Below, piece after piece: positions 28,088 to 37,369 of a DNA stretch of 62,589 nucleotides (its first letter is position 1; the number at the start of each line of letters is the position of its first letter). This stretch comes from Sphingomonadaceae bacterium. GTDB taxonomy: Bacteria; Chloroflexota; UBA6077. The DNA is taken from the NCBI GenBank assembly GCA_050261575.1, contig JBLNDL010000006.1, forward strand, positions 1-62,589, written 5' to 3'. The notes below the pieces were generated by a model. The model was given only the letters and a program-made list of their open reading frames with translations. It was not told the DNA's origin and ran no database searches. Position numbers and translations under genes: made by a program.

Positions 28088-29020
28088 ATGCCTGTGTATG
28101 ACGATGCTATTCGACGGGCCACCGGCGTCTGGAGCTCTCTCTTCCCCCAGGAGAGCCAGACCCCCCACAACCGGTTCACCAGCTTCCTGGGCTACCTCGG
28201 CGGGGGGCGGACGGAGCCTCTGTCTCAGTTCTTCCCCGACTACGATCCGAGGGTGGGCATGAGCAGCCTCTTCCCGGACTACGGCTCCCGCAAGGGGATG
28301 TCGGAGCTCTCCCCTCTCTACGGTTCTCAAGGGGGAATGAGGAGCCTCTTTCCTACTGGCGACTTGGGAGGCTCGCTGCGCGACCTCTTCCCAGACTATG
28401 GGATCGGTGCAAGGTTGGAGAGCCTGTTCCCGGCGATCAGCCCCTTCCATCGCTCCAGTAGGCCCGCCGCGCAAACCGGCAACCAGGCGTCCTCTACCAG
28501 CTCCAGCGCTCCGGCTGTAAACTCGGATATCCAGTCCGTTCAGCCCGGCCCCACTGGGTACGCCTTCCCCGTGGTGAACTACTCTGGCCAGGTGGTGATG
28601 CATTGGAGCCAGGACACTGGGGGGTCCGACCTCTTCGCTCCCCTGGGTACCCCCGTGGTGGCCGCACGGGGCGGCCACGTCATCTCTGCCGGCTATGACG
28701 ACGTTGGTGGCAACTACGTCCTGATCCAGGGCGACGACGGCCTCAAGTACTACTACGCCCACCTCAAGGACGCCCCCTCCGTGAAGACGGGCCAGCAGGT
28801 GAGGGCCGGTGCACGTATAGGTTCGGTGGGCGACACCGGAAATGCCAAGGGCGTCGGCCCCCACCTCCACATCGGTATCGGCCACACCATCCTTCCCGGC
28901 GCCAACGCCCAGGGTGGCATGGGTCGGGGAGGTGTCAACGCAATTGAGCTTCTCCGCGCTGTCCTGGCAGGCCGTCCGATCCCCGGGCTCGTTACCCCTA
29001 AGGAGATGGCTTCCCACTGA
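28088..29020 (+). CDS. M23-family peptidase with N-terminal 13-aa repeats
   Basis: D.FAP.GTPVVA..GG, YYYAHL, VGDTGNA..VGPHLH. Confidence 0.85.
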   Translation: MPVYDDAIRRATGVWSSLFPQESQTPHNRFTSFLGYLGGGRTEPLSQFFPDYDPRVGMSSLFPDYGSRKGMSELSPLYGSQGGMRSLFPTGDLGGSLRDLFPDYGIGARLESLFPAISPFHRSSRPAAQTGNQASSTSSSAPAVNSDIQSVQPGPTGYAFPVVNYSGQVVMHWSQDTGGSDLFAPLGTPVVAARGGHVISAGYDDVGGNYVLIQGDDGLKYYYAHLKDAPSVKTGQQVRAGARIGSVGDTGNAKGVGPHLHIGIGHTILPGANAQGGMGRGGVNAIELLRAVLAGRPIPGLVTPKEMASH

Positions 29021-31101
29021 TGGCTGGTTTCGACTTTCTTGAGTACCTCCAGAAGGGCAACCCTGTTACCCCCGCCATCGGGCACACGCTGGACGAGTAC
29101 GACGAGAACGTGGTCAACCGCCTGGCCGGTGGGCTGCTCTACCAGGCGGCCCTGAACAACCTCTTCGCACCCTTCGGCGGCGAGGACACGAGGCAGGCCA
29201 TGGTCCGAGCTTTCGAGACAGGCGGACACTCGGCAACCATGAAGGAGTACCGGACCCGGGAGGGAGGTGCCAAGAGCTTTGCCCTCCAGCTCCTCCTGGA
29301 CCCTTTGAACCTTCTCCCTGTCGCGAAGGCTCCCAAAGCCCTGATCCAGACGGGTAAGCTGGCGACAGTCGCCGAGAGGGTCCCGGGACTGGCCCAGGCA
29401 GCGGAGGGGCTGTATCGCGGAGCCAACATCGGCGACAGGGTGATGGCCGCGCCGGTTGCGGTGCCGATAAGAGGGATTGGGGCTGTTAGGGGTAGGATCG
29501 GTCAGCCAGCCGTCTTGAAGGCCTCCAGTCGCACGCCAGAACAGGGAGCCTCGGCTGTACCCAGGCCCCCCACCTCGGTTGCTCGCCAACCCACCACTCG
29601 CTCTGCCGCTCGCCCCGCACTCGAATCAAGCGCGGGGTCCCAAACGCCCCCAGGAGAGAGGGTTGGACTGCTGGAGTTCCTTGGTGACCTGACGCAGTAT
29701 ACACCCGAAGAGTTGAGGCGACGGGCGGCCGAGTGGGACGAACTCGACAAGAAGTGGCTGATGGCAGGGGGCCGTGAGAAGTGGCCCCATCTGGACACAG
29801 GCATGCCCGTCTCCTACTTCTTCTTTCGGCAGATGGCTCCCTGGGAGCGCCACGTCAGCGAATGGCTTGCACGCCAGCCGGAGATACCGCGCCATCCGGC
29901 TGTTCCAACGCAGGGGCTGAGGCAGGAGATTCCCGCCAAGCCCCTGCTGGTGGACCCCTACGGCACGCTGCCTCCTGCAGTGCATCAGGAAATGGCCCAG
30001 TCCAACTACGTGCAGATCCTGGGCACCTGGCTCCACCGGGCGCACGACATGCTGGCCGATGCCGTTCCCAAGACCTCTCTCTTGCGGGACTACAGGTCCA
30101 ATCCCAGCCACTTCGGGGGATTGGAGGCCAGCGTGGAACGGGCAGGGGTGAACGCGGGACGGGTGAACCTTCGGACCCGCAGGGAGTACAACAGCATCTT
30201 CGTGAGCCCGTGGGGCTCCTTTGGGGATGCCCTTGCCCGGCAGGTGCCCGATGTGGCGCAGGCGGATCTGTCGAAGGTGAACAGGGCGGTTTTGGCCAGG
30301 GACATGGCCGAGGACATGGTGTACACGCTCCTACACGAGCTTGTCCACAATACCTATCGGATGGAGGACGGGCCTTTCGCCCAGGCTCTCCGGGCGGTTG
30401 TTCGTGAGCTGAGGCCCGTCAAGCGGGATCTCACCGCCGAGCTGGACGGCTACCTGCAGGGCGTTGTGGACAAGGAGATGGAACCGCTCTACACTCATTA
30501 CCGGACGGTTCGGGGCGCTGGACCGTCCGACATGGGGGACTACCTTGGAGAGGGGTATGCGGCACAATTCTACAGTGAGCGGGAAATTGCGCGACGAGGA
30601 GCGGGCGGAGGCGGAGAAGGCGGGCTTCTACCTACTGAAGGCGGCCATGTATCCCCGTCCCCAGGCACCACACGTGGATTTGCCGGCCCTGAGGGGCTAC
30701 TCCAAGGGGCTTCTGGAGGAGGGGTTGGACGCTCGCCGGATCTACAACGAGGCACGAGAGCTGACCATTCGAGTTGGCAGGCCGGCCCCGCCAACGTGGG
30801 AGGAGTTGTGGGGGGAACTGCCCCCTCCCTCCGGGCAGTAGCCCAACCGACCTCGGCACCGAACTGGGTCACCCTCCAGCGTTCCAGGGATGTCGCGACA
30901 GAGAGGTCTCTCGCACCCTCGCCCGCCAAGGCGCAGCTACAGACGGCTAGGCAGCAGGCACTCCTCCGCCGCTGGCAGAACGCTGCGCCTGAGGTGCAGG
31001 AGCGGATGTGGAAGAACCCGGAGGTGCGTGAGGCGGTCATGCAGAATCTATCAAGAGAGCTTGCCCGGATACGTCAGGGTGACGCGCCTTGGGGCAAGTA
31101 G
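29020..31101 (+). CDS. Large hypothetical protein with HExxH zincin motif, phage internal or polyvalent-like
   Basis: LLHELVH and LLLDPLNLL motifs; start overlaps the upstream stop. Confidence 0.7.
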   Translation: MAGFDFLEYLQKGNPVTPAIGHTLDEYDENVVNRLAGGLLYQAALNNLFAPFGGEDTRQAMVRAFETGGHSATMKEYRTREGGAKSFALQLLLDPLNLLPVAKAPKALIQTGKLATVAERVPGLAQAAEGLYRGANIGDRVMAAPVAVPIRGIGAVRGRIGQPAVLKASSRTPEQGASAVPRPPTSVARQPTTRSAARPALESSAGSQTPPGERVGLLEFLGDLTQYTPEELRRRAAEWDELDKKWLMAGGREKWPHLDTGMPVSYFFFRQMAPWERHVSEWLARQPEIPRHPAVPTQGLRQEIPAKPLLVDPYGTLPPAVHQEMAQSNYVQILGTWLHRAHDMLADAVPKTSLLRDYRSNPSHFGGLEASVERAGVNAGRVNLRTRREYNSIFVSPWGSFGDALARQVPDVAQADLSKVNRAVLARDMAEDMVYTLLHELVHNTYRMEDGPFAQALRAVVRELRPVKRDLTAELDGYLQGVVDKEMEPLYTHYRTVRGAGPSDMGDYLGEGYAAQFYSEREIARRGAGGGGEGGLLPTEGGHVSPSPGTTRGFAGPEGLLQGASGGGVGRSPDLQRGTRADHSSWQAGPANVGGVVGGTAPSLRAVAQPTSAPNWVTLQRSRDVATERSLAPSPAKAQLQTARQQALLRRWQNAAPEVQERMWKNPEVREAVMQNLSRELARIRQGDAPWGK

Positions 31102-31105
31102 CACG

Positions 31106-31141
31106 CGGGGCCAGGCAACAACCTGGCCCCGTTTCTTTTCT
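31106..31141 (+). terminator. Intrinsic terminator closing the three-gene module
   Basis: CGGGGCCAGG-CAACAA-CCTGGCCCCG-TTTCTTTT. Confidence 0.85.
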
Positions 31142-31521
31142 GCGGGGAGATCGCTGACCCTACAACTGAACCATAGACATCGTTCTGTGTGTTGAGTAAG
31201 CCAGCCATGACTGCTCCTGTCTGCACGCAGCAGGCCGCGCGGATGTTGACAGCCCGGCCTACTTGCCGCAGACTGTGGCCGCAATCGAATACATGGCTAT
31301 CCAGAGCGGCGCACTCGCGTCCGGCAACCTGGCGGCGACCGCCAAGGTGCCCGTCCTCAGTCTGAGGAGATAGGCCCGATGAGGGAACCAACGGTCGCGC
31401 ACCCCGCCCGCGCGCGGGTCTTTTCGTTTGCGCCGTCTTCTACGGCTCATGTTGCAAGGCCGGGGGTGTGGGCGAGCGCAGGGTCGTATCGGACGGAAGC
31501 GCCTTGTTGAGCGGGAGAGGC

Positions 31522-31938
31522 ATGTCCGTGACCAGTGAAGACGAGTCCGACGCGGTAACGGTAGTCACTTACGGCGGGGAGAGGTGGCTGGCCAAGGTGA
31601 GAGTGTGCAAGACCTGCGGGAGGCACAGGGGAGCTATGTACAGCCATACCAACAGTACGAGACCCATCACCTGCCTCTGTGATGGGCGACCGTGCCCCGT
31701 ATGCGGCAAGAACAGGCTGCCCAAGCCAGGCACCGAGGTCATGGATGGACACGGCAGGATATGGCATATCCCCTGGTTCCGCGGCATGGGCGGCTGTCCC
31801 GAGTGCGCCGCCAAGCGTCCAACCGTCAAGACCTACGACGAGGTGTTGATGTCGGGCGCCGGGGACGGAGACACCATAAGGTGGCTGGAGGAGCTGTTCG
31901 TTCTGGAAGAGCCGAAGGGGCCATACAGCGAAGGCTAG
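31522..31938 (+). CDS. Cys-rich zinc-finger-like hypothetical protein
   Basis: CKTC, CLC, CPVC, CPEC; GGAGAGG RBS. Confidence 0.6.
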   Translation: MSVTSEDESDAVTVVTYGGERWLAKVRVCKTCGRHRGAMYSHTNSTRPITCLCDGRPCPVCGKNRLPKPGTEVMDGHGRIWHIPWFRGMGGCPECAAKRPTVKTYDEVLMSGAGDGDTIRWLEELFVLEEPKGPYSEG

Positions 31939-32011
31939 GCGTCACCAGGAAGATGAGGGGGTGCACGTTGTGCCTCTGGAGCCGATTTCCTTAGCCGATG
32001 CGCGCCGAAAA

Positions 32012-32020
32012 TGGTATAAT
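32012..32020 (+). promoter_or_regulatory. Extended -10 promoter inside the element, upstream of tRNA-Pro
   Basis: TGGTATAAT, 70 nt before the tRNA. Confidence 0.6.
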
Positions 32021-32090
32021 GACCTTGCATGGTTCTTTGCCGACACTGCGGCGACCTGCGTCTCATAGTTCCGCAGAGCGGCTGACTATA

Positions 32091-32166
32091 CGGGGTGTAG
32101 CGCAGTTGGCAGCGCGCATGGTTTGGGACCATGAGGTCCCCGGTTCGAGTCCGGGCACCCCGACCA
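32091..32166 (+). tRNA. tRNA-Pro(TGG); attR overlaps 32090-32137
   Basis: 76-nt cloverleaf, TGG anticodon, GGTTCGAGTCC T arm, encoded CCA. Confidence 0.98.
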
Positions 32167-32301
32167 TGTCTGGTGGTCCCCGGCCGCCTCGGAGTTCTGC
32201 CGGTCCGCGCCCCCGTCCATTCCTGAGTTGTCCCAACCCCCACTCCTCGCTTTCCCGATCCAATACATTGACATGCTTCGATATAGTGGTATCCTGGTAG
32301 C

Positions 32302-32634
32302 ATGAAGCGAATCGGCATCGAGAAGCTGAACGACGGGTGCTGCGAGCGGCCGGGACCGCCGGGCGAATCCAGGTTCCCAAACCTGGACGAGGGCGCGAGG
32401 CTATTCCGAGCACTCGGCGACGAGACCCGCCTGAGCATCGTCAGGCGCCTCGCCGAGGAGGGCGAGTTGTGCGCCTGCGACCTGATCTGCTGCGACCTCG
32501 CCCAGCCCACCATCTCCCACCATCTGAAGGTGCTGCGCGAGGCGGGGATCGTCAACGCAGAGAAGCGTGGCCTCTGGGTCCACTACTCCCTCAACCGAGA
32601 AAGGCTCCGGGAGCTGCGGTCGTGGCTCCCGTAG
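32302..32634 (+). CDS. ArsR/SmtB-family repressor
   Basis: FRALGDETRL, ELCACDL, QPTISHHLKVL; TTGACA promoter with dyad upstream. Confidence 0.92.
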   Translation: MKRIGIEKLNDGCCERPGPPGESRFPNLDEGARLFRALGDETRLSIVRRLAEEGELCACDLICCDLAQPTISHHLKVLREAGIVNAEKRGLWVHYSLNRERLRELRSWLP

Positions 32635-32920
32635 ATGCGCCGGAACATTCCTGCGCTCCTCGCCCTCCATCTCCAGGCAAGCATCGCGTCAGCGCCGCAC
32701 CCTAGCGTGGCACCCTCCAGCGAGCCTCGCCCTCGTGAACCATGCCTCAGGGCGGAGCCGGGGCACGTGGTGTGCCGTACCACGCTCCACCCCGGCGAAG
32801 GGTCGAGGGCCCGAGTCCGAGCTTCGACCGGCCACCGGGGTGCCGCGACGGCTGGCCGAGTCCGCGCAGGCTCGGCCTCTCGGGGTCCGCGGAGTCGAGT
32901 CGACACGTGGAGGTGCAAAG

Positions 32921-33088
32921 ATGCATCGAGGGATGATGAGACCGCCGGGTTACCCGCTGATCCCGTTCCTGTTCCCAATCGGTGTCGTCCTCAGCCTGAT
33001 CGGGATGACGGCGTGGTTCAGCTATCTGAGCTACAGGGAGTTGAACGCGATCCGCCGGGCAGAGGAGTCGCACCACCCGGGGACGTGA
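32921..33088 (+). CDS. Small single-TM membrane protein
   Basis: GGAGG RBS, 55 aa with one hydrophobic helix. Confidence 0.55.
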   Translation: MHRGMMRPPGYPLIPFLFPIGVVLSLIGMTAWFSYLSYRELNAIRRAEESHHPGT

Positions 33089-33468
33089 TGGCGCGGGTTC
33101 TTTGAGGGCACAGTTCCTCGGAGTGCGGCGCTTGAGCGCCGCACTCGCCTGCATGCTAGAGTTCGGTGCACACGCACGCCGTTCTCCTGCCGTGCGCACG
33201 CTTCCGTCTGCAGGAGGTGGCGCCGGCAGCGGGGGTGGTCACCCTCGAACGCCAGGCAGGTGTGGTATCGCTCGGCACCAGGGTCGCGGCCGCGCTTGGG
33301 AGCGGACGGGCGGCCTGCATCCCCACCGGCCATCTCGACGGTGGCACTCTTCTTGAAACAGAGCGCTGCCTGCCGCGGGCAGGTACGCCTCGAACGGGAC
33401 GCCGGGGCTCGTCCCCCCGCCCGCCGCGGCGTACTCGGATCGACGACCTGTCTTCAAGGAGTGAGTGA

Positions 33469-34230
33469 ATGCCTACGACGCCTGTGACCGACTGGGGTGC
33501 GGCGATCATGACTTCCATCGCCGGGGCGCTGGCCATCTTCCTCGGCGCCATTCCGAGGATCATCGGCTTCTTGGCCATTCTGATCATCGGCTGGTTAATC
33601 GCCTCGGCCATCGCCGCCGCCGTGGCTGGAATCCTCCGAGCTGTCCACTTCAACGATCTGGCGCGCCGGTCGGGTTTCAGCGGTTTCGTGGAGAACATGG
33701 GCATCCGGCGCGACGCCTCCGGCGTGATCGCCGAGGTGGCCAAGTGGTTCGTTAGGCTGATCGTGCTGGTGGTGGCCTTCGACGCGCTGGGGCTGCCCGC
33801 CGTATCTCAGGTTCTGCAGCAGTTGCTGCTCTGGCTGCCGAACCTGGTCGTGGCCCTCGTGGTGCTGGTGGTTGCCGGACTCGCCGCCAACGCGCTCTAC
33901 AGTCTGGTGCGAGGATCCACCGCCCAGGCCGGCTTTGGGAATCCCGAGTTGCTCGGGAACATCGCTCGCATCGCCGTGTGGGCCTTCGGCATCATCGTGG
34001 CGGTCAATCAACTGGGGATCGCGGCGAACCTAATCAACATCCTGTTCCTGGCCGTAGTCGGAGCGATAGCCCTGGCCTTTGGCCTGGCCTTTGGCCTGGG
34101 CGGCAGGGAGACCGCTGCACGGATGGTCCAAGAATGGTACGAGTCGGGCCGCAAGGTAGCCCCAAAGGCGAAGCAAGCGGCTGAGGAGGCCCGTCGAGAG
34201 GCCGAAGAGGGTGGGCGTCGAGCCGCGTAG
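33469..34230 (+). CDS. TM-helix repeat protein (MscS/CmpX-related)
   Basis: Two P..(I/L)...L..L repeats, LAFGLAFGLGGR. Confidence 0.85.
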   Translation: MPTTPVTDWGAAIMTSIAGALAIFLGAIPRIIGFLAILIIGWLIASAIAAAVAGILRAVHFNDLARRSGFSGFVENMGIRRDASGVIAEVAKWFVRLIVLVVAFDALGLPAVSQVLQQLLLWLPNLVVALVVLVVAGLAANALYSLVRGSTAQAGFGNPELLGNIARIAVWAFGIIVAVNQLGIAANLINILFLAVVGAIALAFGLAFGLGGRETAARMVQEWYESGRKVAPKAKQAAEEARREAEEGGRRAA

Positions 34231-34462
34231 GCCCGGCCCACGCGCGGCATCCGAGGTGGAGGGCCACCCCGCACGATGCCCTCCACCTCGCGCTACCCAG
34301 CGAGGAGCCAGCCGCTCACCGTATTCGCGGTGCCATCCAAGAACGCGGCGCCGAGCCCAAGACTTGCGGGACTTTCCGCATGCCAGACCGGCCATCGCGG
34401 CACGATACTTGTCTATTTGGATGTAGGGTCACCCACCCGGCAACCGACGTGGGAGGTGCGGC

Positions 34463-34696
34463 ATGGCACACTACGAATACTGCGAATTGTGGTGGTCGGA
34501 TGGTTACCGCCCACAGCTCACCTTCTACAAGCCCATGGGCGCCGAGAACGTCGCCGTCGAACACGATAAGGGCACGGACGCCGACGCCTGGGAGTCTTTC
34601 CATCGAATCGTCGACGAGCTAGGATACAACGGCTGGGAGTTGATATCTGCTCCCCACCACGGCGCGGGACTGCTGTTCAAGCGTCGCCTTCAGTAG
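34463..34696 (+). CDS. Small hypothetical protein (DUF4177-like)
   Basis: YEY...LG.NGWELI...LFKR; GGAGG RBS. Confidence 0.65.
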   Translation: MAHYEYCELWWSDGYRPQLTFYKPMGAENVAVEHDKGTDADAWESFHRIVDELGYNGWELISAPHHGAGLLFKRRLQ

Positions 34697-34936
34697 TCCC
34701 CACGGACTATTGCCGGCGCCAAACAGCTATCTCTAAGCAGGTATCTCGTGATCGAGTACGCGCTTGCCGCAAGAGAAGCTGACGTGAACTAGAGACAACT
34801 GTCTAGGCCGTCGAGGCAGCGACTCGAAAGGCGAGCGGGCCAGCAGGGAGTGCCCTGCTGGCCCGCCGTTCGGCGCGGGTTCCTCTGCCCCGCGGCGTCG
34901 AGAGTCGCACCACAACTGCCCACGAGGTGATGAGTC

Positions 34937-36013
34937 TTGGCTACGGCGTTCCACTCGGCTCTGCGACCCACCCTGGAGGAGACACTTCGGCGATCCAGTA
35001 TGAAAGGGATCGTCGTCGCTACCGCCCGTGGCGGCGGGCAGGTGGAGGTAGTGTGCCTCGGCACAGACGCCGCCGACTTGCCCCTCTCACCCGATAGCCT
35101 TTTTCCGGTCGCTTCGGTGACCAAGCTGGCCACGGCACTGGCAGTCCTGCGGCTGGTGGACGTCGGCGAGATCTCCCTCGACGACACCCTGGCTCGGCTC
35201 CTCCCTGAGGCGGTGGCCGCCGCACATCCGGGGGTTACCCCGCGGCGCCTCCTCAGCCACACCGCCGGCCTGCCCATGGATCTGTCAGGCGAGGCGGCCG
35301 CATACGGCCCCGGCCTGGACTGGCCCGCGCTGGCCGATGCCTGCATTCGGACTCCCTTGAGCCACCCACCCTTCAGCCGGGTCCAGTACAGCAACGTTGG
35401 CTATGGGCTGCTGGCGGCGATCGTGGAGCGGCGCACGGCCAGGGATTTCCAGAGTGTTCTCCGAACCCAGGTACTGGAACCTCTCGGCATCGAGGCGTAC
35501 CTCGGGGAGGAGCCACCCCGCCCACCCGCGGTCCTCGCGGGTGTCAGGGGCCCCCACGCGGGCACCGCGCTCGAGCCCTTCAACTCACGCTTCTGGAGAT
35601 CCCTCGCCCTGCCCTGGGGAGGTCTGGTGACCACCGCAGCGGGGGCAATCGCCCTCGCGCGAGCGTTCCTGGGACCTCCGGCGGGACTCCTCTCCAGGGA
35701 ACTGGCCGCGGAGGCGACGCGTAACCAGGCGGACGACCTGGAGGGAGGCTTCGCGCCACCGCTGATCTGGAACCCCAGCCCGTGGGGACTCGGCCCCGAC
35801 CTCAGAGGGGAAAAGAAGCCACACTGGGCGCCGCCGCCCCCGATCGTGAGCCCCGACTCCTTCGGCCACTCGGGAGCCTCCGGCTGCATCGCATGGGCGG
35901 ACCCCTCCTCCGGGATCGCCTGGGTCATCCTGGGCACCCGCACCGCCGACAGCGGCTGGCTGCTGCGGCACGGACCGGCGATAGCCGAGGCGCTCCTGCG
36001 CGCCGCTGAGTGA
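34937..36013 (+). CDS. Serine hydrolase, beta-lactamase family
   Basis: SVTK, LLSHTAG, YSN, FGHSG. Confidence 0.9.
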   Translation: MATAFHSALRPTLEETLRRSSMKGIVVATARGGGQVEVVCLGTDAADLPLSPDSLFPVASVTKLATALAVLRLVDVGEISLDDTLARLLPEAVAAAHPGVTPRRLLSHTAGLPMDLSGEAAAYGPGLDWPALADACIRTPLSHPPFSRVQYSNVGYGLLAAIVERRTARDFQSVLRTQVLEPLGIEAYLGEEPPRPPAVLAGVRGPHAGTALEPFNSRFWRSLALPWGGLVTTAAGAIALARAFLGPPAGLLSRELAAEATRNQADDLEGGFAPPLIWNPSPWGLGPDLRGEKKPHWAPPPPIVSPDSFGHSGASGCIAWADPSSGIAWVILGTRTADSGWLLRHGPAIAEALLRAAE

Positions 36014-36062
36014 CGTGTGGGCGGGGCATCGCCGGGACCGGCGATGCCCCGTGAGCATCGAT

Positions 36063-37286
36063 CTACATCCCGAACCGACGTCGGGCGCGATCGTACACGT
36101 CCGGCGTGATCTCGCGGTACCCCTGCTCCCGCGCGAACGCCTCGATCCGTGCCTTCGCCATCTTCCGAACAAAGGGAGGGATCCGCTTCAGCCGCTCCTC
36201 CGCCTCCGGGGACCAGGCAAGCCCGACTGGGCTCCCGCCGTTGCCCTCGGCTCGGGCTTCTGCCTCGATGGTGGATGCCTCCGCCTCGGACCGGTCCACT
36301 CCTCCGCCGACCACGAGAACGTTGCAGGAAGCGAGCCGAAGAAGATTCTCGGCCGTGCTGCCCAGGTTCACGCCATCGGCGTGGTGGACCCCGATCCGGC
36401 CGACCAGCAGCAGAGCCGGCTTCAGTCCATCGCAGTGGGAGGCGATCGCGTCGAAGGGCTTACCCTCGAGCACCTCCGTATCCAGCGCCACGCCATGTTC
36501 CGCCGCCAGATCCCGGGCACGGGTCAGGTGAGCGCGGTAGACGGCGGCCAGCCCGTCGTCGATGATCTCGTCGTGGAGCCTCTCCTGTTCCCGGAAGCGG
36601 AACAGCCTCGCTGCCTCCCCCGTGAGCACGGTCGCCAGGCTCTGGAACGCGACGCCATGGAAGAACGGATCGAAAGCCGCCACCGCCGACACGGGGTTGC
36701 CGAATAGCCTGCTGAGCCTCAGCGCCACCCGCAGAGCGGCGAAGGAGTGGGCGCTGCCATCCACCGCCACCAGAAGCGGGCCCGACGCGATGGATCGGCC
36801 CTCGCGCGCCACCAGGAGGTCGCACTCCACCAATCGCGCCACCCGCTCGCACACGCTACCCAGCACGGAGCGATCTACCCGCCCCAGCCCGTGGGCGCCA
36901 ATGGCCACCAGATCGTAGCCGCTCTCGCGGGCGTCCCTCGCCAACTGCATGTAGTTGCGGCCCTCGGGCGTCTTCCGCTCCATCCGCAGGCCGGCATCGC
37001 GGCAGCGCTCCTCGAGGGCGTCCAGGTAGGAGTCGGAGATGATCTCCAGCCCCCTACCTATCAGATCGTCGTGGATCCCCCGCAGCCTCTGGAGGGACTC
37101 CTCCTGGAGATAGCGCTCGGGCAGGCCGGGCTCCAACTGCCGGAATCGCACGTCGTGCATGCGGGCAGCGTAGACGTGGTTGCCGGTCAGGCGGGCACCC
37201 GTGGCCCTGGCAATCTCGACCGCCAGATCGGCAGCGAAGCCGGAGCACTCCGAGTTGTCGACGGCGACCATGATGTTCCTGTACAA
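36063..37286 (-). CDS. Tandem universal stress protein with C-terminal PCP_red-like domain
   Basis: Two USP domains (G.HG.....LGSV; G..G.....LGST); WS.EA..RL.RIP.FVR..A...IE..A..G...IT. Confidence 0.85.
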   Translation of the reverse strand: MYRNIMVAVDNSECSGFAADLAVEIARATGARLTGNHVYAARMHDVRFRQLEPGLPERYLQEESLQRLRGIHDDLIGRGLEIISDSYLDALEERCRDAGLRMERKTPEGRNYMQLARDARESGYDLVAIGAHGLGRVDRSVLGSVCERVARLVECDLLVAREGRSIASGPLLVAVDGSAHSFAALRVALRLSRLFGNPVSAVAAFDPFFHGVAFQSLATVLTGEAARLFRFREQERLHDEIIDDGLAAVYRAHLTRARDLAAEHGVALDTEVLEGKPFDAIASHCDGLKPALLLVGRIGVHHADGVNLGSTAENLLRLASCNVLVVGGGVDRSEAEASTIEAEARAEGNGGSPVGLAWSPEAEERLKRIPPFVRKMAKARIEAFAREQGYREITPDVYDRARRRFGM

Positions 37287-37369
37287 GTTTCCCCTCCATA
37301 GGCTCGAAGAGTAGCAACGACTTCGGAACGTCGGTCCGCAAGTGGTTTCGGACCTACAGGATGGACCAC

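Larger units (their letters stand above)
8877..32137. mobile_element. Integrative element / genomic island in tRNA-Pro(TGG)
   Basis: Flanking 48-bp direct repeats, adjacent tyrosine integrase, phage-like and defence-like cargo, no host-type intergenic repeats noticed inside. Confidence 0.92.

Noticed and set aside
28220..28445. CRISPR-like array
   Set aside because: 39-bp periodicity is an in-frame protein repeat with no conserved repeat or unique spacers; no cas genes in the window
31230..31430. Short protein-like frame and hairpin after the virion-like module
   Set aside because: No clear start or RBS; may be a gene remnant but is unsupported
8877..32137. Complete prophage or ICE
   Set aside because: No terminase, portal, capsid, tail, relaxase or T4SS genes recognised
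34937..36013. Antibiotic-resistance beta-lactamase
   Set aside because: Motifs fit the broad serine hydrolase family; no signal peptide and no specific evidence of resistance function
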